DNA of 64,000 nucleotides, from positions 448,001 through 512,000 of the forward strand of contig CBDCFW010000006.1 of the NCBI GenBank assembly GCA_965216465.1, read 5' to 3'. Below are positions 1 through 7,638 of this stretch, in pieces; position 1 is the stretch's first letter; each line of letters opens with the position of its first letter. This DNA is from Bacteroidia bacterium (GTDB taxonomy: Bacteria; Bacteroidota; Bacteroidia; NS11-12g; UBA9320). Both the position numbers and the translations under genes were made by a program. The notes under the pieces are model-generated. The model made no database searches, had not been told where the DNA came from, and saw only the letters and a program-made list of their open reading frames with translations.

Positions 1-1
1 A

Positions 2-103
2 TCCGAGTCAGCCTTGATTGAAGAGGATACCGTTTTCGATGTTTTCTCACTTGATAGCGACAAGCTTTGTTTCGATCAACTGAAAAAATTAAAGATCACT
101 TAA
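2..103 (+). CDS. 3' end of an upstream gene truncated by the window edge (…SESALIEEDTVFDVFSLDSDKLCFDQLKKLKIT*)
   Basis: Frame 2 is open from the window start to TAA at 101-103. Product cannot be identified. Confidence 0.5.
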   Translation, partial: SESALIEEDTVFDVFSLDSDKLCFDQLKKLKIT

Positions 104-176
104 TCTGAAATCCGCACTGCTTGGATGCTCGGTGTACTTGGCCTTTTTTAAATAAATGAAATAAAAATTGAATAAA

Positions 177-1268
177 ATGAAAAATGTAAGAATCAACACA
201 GGTTATGTAGGCCTTGTTTACAGAAGACAAGAACTTACAGAAGTATTAACTGCTGGTAGACACTTTGTCAATACATTTATTGACACGGTTGCCATACACC
301 CTGCAAAGGGCCAGTTAATATCTACAACTGAGATCAGCTTGTTAGTGCAAAATCCAGTGTTAAAGTCAATCACAACATTGGTTGAAGTTGCTGACGGAGA
401 AATCAGCGTCGTGCACAAAAACAAACTGTTCGATAGCATCTTACCAGCGGGTAGATACATCTACTTCAACAATTTGAATGAGTATGAGTTTACCGTGTTA
501 GATTATACATCTACTCACAGAATATTGGATCCTAACGTCTTAAAGTACGCCAACTCAAACCTGAGCAGCTACATCAGAAAACTTGAAGTTGCCATGCACG
601 AAGAAGCTGTACTATTAGTTGACGGAGAATTCAATGCTGTGCTATCTGCCGGTACATATTACTACTTTAGAAACAGCACAAGCCTGGCTATAAAGCATGT
701 AGACTTAAGAATGCAAGCCATGGAAATAGCGGGCCAAGAAATGCTAACTAAGGATAAAGCAAATCTTCGGATAAACTTTAACTTACAATACAAAGTAGTT
801 GATACAGTTAAAGCTGTACTAAAGAACAAAGAATTCAAAAAGCAATTGTATCTCGTTGCGCAACTATTACTGCGTGAAATAGTAGGAACAGTACAGCTCG
901 ACGAATTGCTGGAAAACAAAGAAATCATCACTAAATATGTGATGAGTAAAATTGGCGAAACAGCAAGTGTTCTTGGTATAGCAGTAATGTATGCAGGAGT
1001 AAAAGACATCATACTTCCAGGTGAGATGAAAGCAATCATGAACCAAGTATTGCTAGCTCAAAAGAAAGCTCAAGCAAACGTTATCACACGCAGAGAGGAA
1101 ACAGCCTCTGTACGTAGCATGCTGAACACAGCAAAGCTGCTTCAAGAAAACGAGATGCTTTTCAAGCTGAAAGAAATGGAGTACTTAGAAAAAATCGCAG
1201 ACAAAATCGGCGAGATAACCGTAAACGGTGGATCAGATGTACTCAAGCAGCTGAAGCAAATGTTTTAA
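177..1268 (+). CDS. SPFH/band-7 (slipin family) protein
   Basis: Repeated N-terminal 'L.AG.Y.Y' units, then SPFH core 'VDLR…GQEMLTKDKANLRIN…LREIVG…LDELL…GVKDIILPG…AQANVITRREETA'. ATG at 177 preferred over TTG at 168. Confidence 0.9.
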   Translation: MKNVRINTGYVGLVYRRQELTEVLTAGRHFVNTFIDTVAIHPAKGQLISTTEISLLVQNPVLKSITTLVEVADGEISVVHKNKLFDSILPAGRYIYFNNLNEYEFTVLDYTSTHRILDPNVLKYANSNLSSYIRKLEVAMHEEAVLLVDGEFNAVLSAGTYYYFRNSTSLAIKHVDLRMQAMEIAGQEMLTKDKANLRINFNLQYKVVDTVKAVLKNKEFKKQLYLVAQLLLREIVGTVQLDELLENKEIITKYVMSKIGETASVLGIAVMYAGVKDIILPGEMKAIMNQVLLAQKKAQANVITRREETASVRSMLNTAKLLQENEMLFKLKEMEYLEKIADKIGEITVNGGSDVLKQLKQMF

Positions 1269-1280
1269 GTGAAGTCTAAC

Positions 1281-1310
1281 AAAAGCGATTCCGTATGGGA
1301 TCGCTTTTTT
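1281..1310 (+). terminator. Intrinsic terminator after the SPFH gene
   Basis: AAAAGCGATTCC-GTAT-GGGATCGCTTTTTT hairpin with U-tract. Confidence 0.85.
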
Positions 1311-1342
1311 GATCTAAAGCACATTTTTAAAATATTTTTTAA

Positions 1343-1380
1343 CTACGCAGAAATACTGCGTAGACACTTCTGAATCTTTG
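1343..1380 (+). promoter_or_regulatory. Palindromic operator CTACGCAG-N5-CTGCGTAG with adjacent -7-like element (AATCTTTG) upstream of rtcB
   Basis: Perfect 8-bp inverted repeat at 1343-1363. Near-consensus Bacteroidota TAnnTTTG at 1373-1380. Confidence 0.7.
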
Positions 1381-1403
1381 TAGTACATTAACAAAACGAA
1401 AAA

Positions 1404-2564
1404 ATGATTAAAGTAATTTCAACAGAAAAAAGACCAATTAAACTATGGTTAGACGATATTGAAGATGGAGCTTTAGATCAAGCTAGAAACTTGGCGAACC
1501 TTCCATTCACATTTAAGCATGTGCCTATCATGCCTGATAGCCATCAAGGATATGGGATGCCAATCGGATCGATTTTAGCGACACAAGAAGTAGTCGTACC
1601 CAACGCAGTTGGCGTGGATATTGGTTGCGGGATGTGTGCTTTAAGAACTGAGCTTAAGTCACTGTCTATCAAAGAATTAAAAGACACGTTGAAGCTAGCT
1701 AGAAAAGCCATCCCACTAGGAATGAACTGGCACGAAGATGATCAAGACGAAGCTTGGATGCCTAAAGGATGGGAAGACTTAGAACAAGTGAGCAAAGAAT
1801 ATGCTAAAGCGAGAAAGCAAGTCGGAACATTAGGAGGGGGAAACCACTTCATCGAAATACAAAAAGGAGATGATGGTTTCATCTGGATTATGATTCATTC
1901 AGGATCAAGAAACTTGGGATACAAGGTTGCAGGTTTCTACAACAAGAAAGCTCAAATGGTAAATGAACAATACTTCTCTCAAGTAACGAGAAAGCAAGAA
2001 TTGGCGTTCCTTCCAATTGCAACACCAGAAGCTCAAGACTATATCCGAGAAATGGAATACTGCGTCGAGTTTGCCTTGGCGAACAGAAAGTTGATGATGC
2101 ATAGAATGGTTGAAGCTTTGACAGCAGTTGTTGGCGATTTTGAAACCGATGAAATCATTAACAAGTCGCACAACTTCGCTGCATGGGAAAACCATTTCGG
2201 AGAAAATGTTCTAGTGCATAGAAAAGGTGCAACCCGAGCTCGAAAAGATGAATTGGGTATGATTCCAGGATCTCAAGGAACTTGTTCTTACATCGTAAGA
2301 GGCCTAGGTAACCCAGAGTCTTTTGAATCTTGCTCTCATGGAGCCGGAAGAAAAATGGGAAGAAAGCAAGCTCAACGTGCACTTGATTTAGAAGCTGAAA
2401 AAGCAGCTTTAGATGCTAAAGGCGTGGTTCACGCCATTCGAAATATTCAAGATCTAGACGAAGCACCAGGAGCTTATAAAGACATCGATATCGTAATGGA
2501 AAACCAAACCGATCTAGCTGAGATCGTAGTTAAACTACAGCCATTGGCTGTATTAAAAGGGTAA
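1404..2564 (+). CDS. rtcB: RtcB family RNA 3'-phosphate/5'-OH ligase
   Basis: Motifs MPDSHQGYGMPIG, VGVDIGCGM, GTLGGGNHF, IHSGSR, HRKGAT, SHGAGR, DEAPGAYK. Confidence 0.96.
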   Translation: MIKVISTEKRPIKLWLDDIEDGALDQARNLANLPFTFKHVPIMPDSHQGYGMPIGSILATQEVVVPNAVGVDIGCGMCALRTELKSLSIKELKDTLKLARKAIPLGMNWHEDDQDEAWMPKGWEDLEQVSKEYAKARKQVGTLGGGNHFIEIQKGDDGFIWIMIHSGSRNLGYKVAGFYNKKAQMVNEQYFSQVTRKQELAFLPIATPEAQDYIREMEYCVEFALANRKLMMHRMVEALTAVVGDFETDEIINKSHNFAAWENHFGENVLVHRKGATRARKDELGMIPGSQGTCSYIVRGLGNPESFESCSHGAGRKMGRKQAQRALDLEAEKAALDAKGVVHAIRNIQDLDEAPGAYKDIDIVMENQTDLAEIVVKLQPLAVLKG

Positions 2565-2617
2565 ACAACCCAGAGGCTTCGCTCTGGACTTTGTACAACC
2601 ACTAAAGAAAGTTTAAA

Positions 2618-3379
2618 ATGAAAGAATTAATAATAGATAAACTGAAACAGCTTGAAAAAGACGAACAAATAAAAATACTTCTTGCTGTTGAAACGGGGTC
2701 GAGAGCTTGGGGATTCCCATCTCCAGACAGCGATTATGATATACGCTTGATCTATAAAAAAGAGCAAGATTGGTATATCCAATTATCTGAAGGCCAAGAC
2801 CATGTCTCTTATATGTCAGATGACGAAGAATTAGACCTTACTGGATGGGAACTTCGTAAAGCATTAAGGCTTATAACAAAGTCAAATGCGTCGTTGGCAG
2901 AACGGCTTCAAAGCCCCATAGTTTATATGGCAAAAGAAGGCTTCGCGAAAGAAATGCTAAATCTGGCTCAAGATTTCTTTTCACCCATAGCGGTGTTGCA
3001 TCACTACCGGAGCATGGCCATAAAAAGAATGGAGTCCATCACCGAAAATTCTTCGTATCGATTGAAATCGCTTTTTTATGCCCTACGTGCTTCGTGTGCA
3101 TGTAGATGGGTGCTTGAAAACGACACCTATCCTCCTATAGTTTATCAAGAACTGTTAAAAGGGATATCAGTAAGCACAGATATAAAGCAACGCATAGCGG
3201 AACTTGTAGATCTAAAGAGCATGAAAAACGAAGCTTATCTGCATGAAGGTGAGGCGATGCTCATCCAGTTTGTTAAAGACAATCTTGAAGAGGCTGAAAT
3301 CGTAAATGAAATGCTAAAAATGAGCGATGGAGATATCTCAAAACTCGATGCATTTTTAAGAAAAGAGATAAATGACTAA
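2618..3379 (+). CDS. Pol-beta-superfamily nucleotidyltransferase (RlaP/YcgL-like)
   Basis: 'ETGSRAWGFPSPDSDYDIR' (GS…DxD), 'DLTGWELRKALRL', 'K.LFYALR'. Lies directly downstream of rtcB. Confidence 0.88.
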   Translation: MKELIIDKLKQLEKDEQIKILLAVETGSRAWGFPSPDSDYDIRLIYKKEQDWYIQLSEGQDHVSYMSDDEELDLTGWELRKALRLITKSNASLAERLQSPIVYMAKEGFAKEMLNLAQDFFSPIAVLHHYRSMAIKRMESITENSSYRLKSLFYALRASCACRWVLENDTYPPIVYQELLKGISVSTDIKQRIAELVDLKSMKNEAYLHEGEAMLIQFVKDNLEEAEIVNEMLKMSDGDISKLDAFLRKEIND

Positions 3380-3407
3380 AGGCCGCGGCAATAGCCGCGG
3401 CCTTTTT
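3378..3407 (+). terminator. Intrinsic terminator after the nucleotidyltransferase gene
   Basis: AAAGGCCGCGGC-AATA-GCCGCGGCCTTTTT. Confidence 0.9.
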
Positions 3408-3520
3408 AATTTCAATTTCCTGTCCCTGAATACCGACTTAGTCGATAGCACTATTTCACCCGCCCGTGCATAGGTCGCATTTCACAACGTACCCTCAGAA
3501 ATTGCTAGGTATTTTGGAAT

Positions 3521-3553
3521 AAAAAAAAACCCGAACTCAACGAAGAGATCGGG
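3521..3553 (-). terminator. Intrinsic terminator downstream of the 3580-3900 gene
   Basis: Minus strand reads CCCGATCTC-TTCGTT-GAGTTCGGG followed by T9. Confidence 0.75.
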
Positions 3554-3579
3554 CCTTTAATAGCACATATTGCTTTATT

Positions 3580-3900
3580 CTAACGCGTTTTCATACGTTC
3601 ATAATGCAAATTATCTCTTCGTTCTATTTCGCTAAAAGGACTGCCTTTAACCATCGTAATCTCCTCAAAACCATTCTGTTCAGTTATGAGGGAATCACAG
3701 GTTTTTACACTCCCGCGATTTTTTGAGCCATAATCTCCCTGCAACGATTTAGACGCCGGGTCTAAATCGCCCCAAATGGTGTGATTCGCTCTATCATCTA
3801 TAGGTTCTACAAAATAAACCTTGCCTGTTTTTGTGGATGTCACAATAAATCTTCCTGTTTCGTCTGTGTTGGTTAAAAACCGTTTTCTAATTGTTGTCAT
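3580..3900 (-). CDS. Small hypothetical protein (106 aa), function unknown
   Basis: Clean ORF with globular-looking composition (RFLTNTDETGRFIV…YFVEPID…WGDLDP…GSP). Has its own downstream terminator. ATG at 3900. Confidence 0.75.
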   Translation of the reverse strand: MTTIRKRFLTNTDETGRFIVTSTKTGKVYFVEPIDDRANHTIWGDLDPASKSLQGDYGSKNRGSVKTCDSLITEQNGFEEITMVKGSPFSEIERRDNLHYERMKTR

Positions 3901-3922
3901 ATTCAAAGTATTAAAAATGGAT

Positions 3923-3959
3923 AAAAAAAAGCTCGACTAAATTGATTAGCCGAGCTTTT
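3923..3959 (-). terminator. Terminator in the 5' leader of the 3580-3900 gene (attenuator)
   Basis: Minus strand reads AAAAGCTCGGCTAA-TCAAT-TTAGTCGAGC-TTTTTTTT, ending about 22 nt before the gene start. Confidence 0.85.
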
Positions 3960-3981
3960 AAAATATGGTATACTGCAAAGT

Positions 3982-4059
3982 TTACATACTCCTACCCGGC
4001 ATGCTGAGGTCACAAGCCTCCAGCATTGGTAATTGATATATAAAGTAAATGCGTTTCAT
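3982..4059 (-). CDS. Putative leader peptide MKRIYFIYQLPMLEACDLSMPGRSM (25 aa), absent from the ORF track
   Basis: ATG at 4059 and TAA at 3984-3982. Sits just upstream of the leader terminator, and its last codons can pair with the terminator 5' arm. Confidence 0.65.
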   Translation of the reverse strand: MKRIYFIYQLPMLEACDLSMPGRSM

Positions 4060-4240
4060 TTCTAATTAAAGTAGTGCAATGTTTGTTCCTAAACTTCTAA
4101 ATTCAAAATGATTGTCTTGGTTATGACGGAAAGATGAGTTTTGAATGTACTTCTTTTTGTCGAACAATTTGAACTTCAACTAGAATGCAATTTGCCGCCT
4201 GGGTTTTTATATATAGTTTCGAATCATAACCAAAATCAAT

Positions 4241-4654
4241 TTGAAAGACTATTACGTAATACTCAAAGTTCCGCGAAAGGCAACCACATCAGAAATTAAA
4301 AAGTCGTACTACAAGCTAGCTCGTGAAAACCACCCTGATGTAAGCAAAGACCCTCGAGCACATGAAATATTTGTAGAAATTAATGAAGCATACGAAGTAC
4401 TAGGGAATATCAAAAGTAGAAAAAACTACAACTTTCTCTACGATTCCAAAATAGCAAACGCACAATATAAATCGCGTCAGAGTGCCAATCGACGAGAATC
4501 CAAAGTAAACTCAAGGGCTTATAAAGGTCAAACCAAAGGCCGCGAGTATGCCAGTCAAAGCAAAGACCAGTTTGACAAAAGCGCTAAACAAAATTCAAGA
4601 TTTACCATCTGGGAATTCTTTTTTGATATCCTCGCAGGAATCTTGGGTAGCTAA
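4241..4654 (+). CDS. J-domain (DnaJ-like) protein
   Basis: 'KDYYVILKV…EIKKSYYKLARENHPD…FVEINEAYEVL' with HPD motif. TTG start. Confidence 0.9.
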   Translation: MKDYYVILKVPRKATTSEIKKSYYKLARENHPDVSKDPRAHEIFVEINEAYEVLGNIKSRKNYNFLYDSKIANAQYKSRQSANRRESKVNSRAYKGQTKGREYASQSKDQFDKSAKQNSRFTIWEFFFDILAGILGS

Positions 4655-4657
4655 ATT

Positions 4658-4760
4658 CAGACAATCTACGCAGTATAAATGTCTATGGGGTCAATTGCAT
4701 GCTCGTCCAGACAACCGACGAAGGAGATTCGTCTGGGGGAGATTCGTCTGGACGTCTGGG
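4658..4760. repeat. Cluster of degenerate REP-like palindromic units
   Basis: GGAGATTCGTCTGG occurs at 4723-4736 and 4738-4751. Inverted arms CGTCCAGAC (4704-4712) and GTCTGGACG (4746-4754). Degenerate unit CAGACAATCT at 4658. Confidence 0.55.
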
Positions 4761-4835
4761 CCATTGGTCAACCCAAGTTCCTTAATTGTAAATTATTACT
4801 TTAGCTGCTGTAAATAATTCCGTACTTGTATTGTA

Positions 4836-5828
4836 ATGACCCGAATGATTCCTTTATGCGTAGTGCTAGTGATGTCTAGCTTTGTTCATGCACAATTGAT
4901 ATCCATTTCAAAGAATTATCTACATGTTCGAAGAAGTGCTCCAAGCTTCAACGACAGATATCAAACTTATCGGGATTATAGCATTAAACTAAAAGATACC
5001 GCCTTCTTTTATGAAAAAGGAATTAAACGAATCAATGTATTAGATCGCACAGGTACAGTATACCGTTATTTTGAGTTGGACTCCAATGGGCGTGCATTTA
5101 AAGTAGGAATGAAAGGAAGAAATTACTATTTAGAAATCACAGAAAATCACCCAAATGATTCTACAAAACAGATAATTCATCAGTACAGAAATATCAAAAC
5201 AAATGATGTTGAACGAATAGACTCCTTCGTCTATATAGCTCGATCTAGGGTTATTAATGACAGCTTAATTCAATACACAGATCATTACCACCAAACAACG
5301 AAGTCTGGCCATTTAATCAACCTACAGAATAAGCACTATAACGCTAAGATTAAATACAAGCGGACACCAAAATTCTTAAAATCAAACTATAAGATGTACA
5401 AGCTATCTCGAGCTTATCAAAAGGCTTGGCCAAGCAAGTTCAAAACCAACTACGATTCATTAACCCTATATCGTTGTTCCGTTACAGAAAGTGTTTATGG
5501 ACCGCACTTTGTCGAACCCCAGATCCAATATCTAAGCTCAGATCATCCGACCTACAAAAAACTTGTAACTAGCAATACAAGTTACAGCTTAAAGAGTGAA
5601 AAATACAAAGAGCCATACAAGCGAATCGACCCTATGACTTGTGGCACGGGTGAGAGCAATTACAGAAACAGCATTCGTGAAGTAAACGGAACATCTAAAA
5701 TGAACTATAACCGAGAAGGATTTTGCACTAAATTTACCTATACTCAAGCTGCATTTGAAGATTACTCGGAATATGAAATTGTTCTCTTTACGTTTGATTA
5801 TGAGTATTTTGATTATTTAAATAAATAA
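4836..5828 (+). CDS. Secreted hypothetical protein
   Basis: Signal peptide ending …VHA|Q. No family recognised. Confidence 0.7.
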   Translation: MTRMIPLCVVLVMSSFVHAQLISISKNYLHVRRSAPSFNDRYQTYRDYSIKLKDTAFFYEKGIKRINVLDRTGTVYRYFELDSNGRAFKVGMKGRNYYLEITENHPNDSTKQIIHQYRNIKTNDVERIDSFVYIARSRVINDSLIQYTDHYHQTTKSGHLINLQNKHYNAKIKYKRTPKFLKSNYKMYKLSRAYQKAWPSKFKTNYDSLTLYRCSVTESVYGPHFVEPQIQYLSSDHPTYKKLVTSNTSYSLKSEKYKEPYKRIDPMTCGTGESNYRNSIREVNGTSKMNYNREGFCTKFTYTQAAFEDYSEYEIVLFTFDYEYFDYLNK

Positions 5829-5864
5829 TCCCTTTCAAGATTTAGATTTTATTAATCATCTCAT

Positions 5865-5893
5865 CAAGACAATCTCCCAGGAGATTTGTATGG
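5865..5893. repeat. Further copy of the REP-like palindrome
   Basis: CAAGACAATCTCC-CA-GGAGATTTGTATGG resembles the 4707-4736 unit. Confidence 0.45.
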
Positions 5894-6005
5894 TGGTGAT
5901 TGAACCTCCATTATGTTTGTTACTAACTGATTTAATCGCTTTACGACCATCCAGATCCGCTAGATGTACAGTATGATAACTACACCTCAAACTTAAGTAC
6001 CTTAA

Positions 6006-6653
6006 TTATAAGTTTAAAGATTCAACAATTAATTTCTCAAGCCTACTTAGTTTATGCTTCTTAACAATTCTAATAAACGCAGCTGTCACGACCTTGATTT
6101 CCATGTCTTCCATTTGGAAAATAAGCTCATTTTTATCACTTGTGTCAAAAATCTTGCAGGTATGATATCTGTCGAAGTTTTCATCAAGCATCTCTAAGCC
6201 CTTGTGAAATCTCTTTTCTATAAGTTCACTTGGGACATCATGCCCTCCTTCACTGACTCTTTTTGCAACCCTAGCAATACATAGCTCTACATCACGGAGG
6301 TAAAAAAAATATAAATGAGTCCTATATCCCTTTGCGTCAAATTCTTCTCTTAATTCCTCAGAATAGATTTTGTCGAAATTTGTTTGAAACGAAAAATGTG
6401 AACATGAATTTAGTGCTCCTTGATAACTTTCCATAAACATGTTCTTGACGTGCTCCCCAATACCACTCTCGACCTGAGAAGTCATACCGTAACCTTTAAA
6501 TCGTTGATAGATTATATTGACCTCAAGATCATAATCAAAGCTTGAAATGCCAAGATCATTCAACAAATCAATGTCTCCAGATGAGGAATATGTCGATTTA
6601 CCAGCTCCATTTGGGCCGGCAATTATTAGAAGAGAAGGAGGGGGCACCTCCAA
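6006..6653 (-). CDS. Zeta-toxin-like / AAA_33 P-loop kinase
   Basis: 'IIAGPNGAGKST' Walker A and 'RVAKRVSEGGHDVP…KRF' signature. Confidence 0.85.
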   Translation of the reverse strand: MEVPPPSLLIIAGPNGAGKSTYSSSGDIDLLNDLGISSFDYDLEVNIIYQRFKGYGMTSQVESGIGEHVKNMFMESYQGALNSCSHFSFQTNFDKIYSEELREEFDAKGYRTHLYFFYLRDVELCIARVAKRVSEGGHDVPSELIEKRFHKGLEMLDENFDRYHTCKIFDTSDKNELIFQMEDMEIKVVTAAFIRIVKKHKLSRLEKLIVESLNL

Positions 6654-6654
6654 A

Positions 6655-6837
6655 CTAAATATTTGATGTAATGGTTATAGAATCTTTTTTTCTATTCTCT
6701 GAAGGTTTAGGATGCTTCTGAACGCGCTTTTTAGTCGCATTCATGCGTCTAGTCATGTTCAATGATCCTTGAGTAGGAACCCAAACCCCTCTGTTATTGA
6801 GGGATTCAATTGTACGAATTAAATCTTGTTCACTCAT
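6655..6837 (-). CDS. Small basic protein, possible partner of the Zeta-like kinase
   Basis: 60-aa ORF ending 1 nt before the kinase start codon. Confidence 0.5.
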   Translation of the reverse strand: MSEQDLIRTIESLNNRGVWVPTQGSLNMTRRMNATKKRVQKHPKPSENRKKDSITITSNI

Positions 6838-7197
6838 AATATATCCTAATTAGTTAGCATTTTAAGTCTTTTCTCAAAGGCTTAAAAGCCTGCAAATAAT
6901 GATTATTTAAGCTAAATATCAAAATAAAAACCATCATTTTTTGCCCAGATATCGACAAAAAGACTAATATAACGGTCAATAACTCAGTTGCTTACCTCAT
7001 TATTTCAAGTTAATAACTCTGTCGGAGTTCATCACTTCTGCACAAAGAACGAATATGTTTAACTTTTCTTCTTTCAATTTCACCTTAGCAACAGGTACAC
7101 TATAAAACAGCTCTAGGTCATGAATGTTTTTACTTCTAAAACCATATATTATACAACTAGCTGAATTATAATGCTTTCTAAACAAATCGAAAAAAAT

Positions 7198-7213
7198 TGT
7201 GGAGCTGCAGGGA
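7198..7213 (-). repeat. att site: displaced copy of the tmRNA 3' end
   Basis: TGTGGAGCTGCAGGGA versus TGTGGAGCTGCCGGGA at 37913-37928, 15/16 identical and in the same orientation. Confidence 0.8.
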
Positions 7214-7309
7214 CCACAACTCGTAATTAAGGCATTGATTTTCAGCAACTAACATTCTTGTGTTTTTTGGATTTAGTGAAACATTCAGATTTTTCAAGCG
7301 AAAGGCGAG

Positions 7310-7339
7310 TGTGGAAAAGTAGGAGTCGAACCTTGGTCC
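7310..7339 (-). repeat. Second, more degenerate tmRNA/tRNA 3'-end fragment
   Basis: TGTGGAaaagtaGGAGTCGAACCttGGTCC aligns with TGTGGAgctgccgGGAGTCGAACCcgGGTCC at 37913-37943. Confidence 0.6.
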
Positions 7340-7638
7340 TAAATAATTGGATTTTACTCTTAAATTATCTCCTTCTAGTATAAGCTGTTGATTGTTGTTT
7401 ATATGAAAGTGAAATTTTAACCGAAAATGTGATAAGTATCCACTTATTTGCTATTAGGATATTTTTTCTATACAAAAAAGTATCAATTTAGATATTGTGC
7501 ATTTTGATTGATTGGGTTAAATTCGACCAAAATATTTGAAGACTATTATTTCTCTAAATTTACGCTCTGTGTATTGCCAAGTCATTAGTAGTCTGCTAGA
7601 TACACTAGTTATAAGTTTGAGGATATAAGAGATAAACC

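Noticed and set aside
2570-2587. Hairpin CCAGAG-gcttcg-CTCTGG after rtcB as a terminator
   Set aside because: No adjacent U-tract. It is more likely an intra-operon stability hairpin.
4548-4817. 89-aa ORF overlapping the J-domain gene end
   Set aside because: It runs through the palindromic repeat cluster, which explains its repeated RFVW sequence.
7000-7248. 82-aa minus-strand ORF
   Set aside because: It spans the att site, has a TTG start and no recognisable motif, so it is probably spurious.
7310-7339. Possible tRNA gene (GTTCGACTCC T-loop)
   Set aside because: No D-arm, anticodon arm or acceptor partner. Treated as an att remnant.
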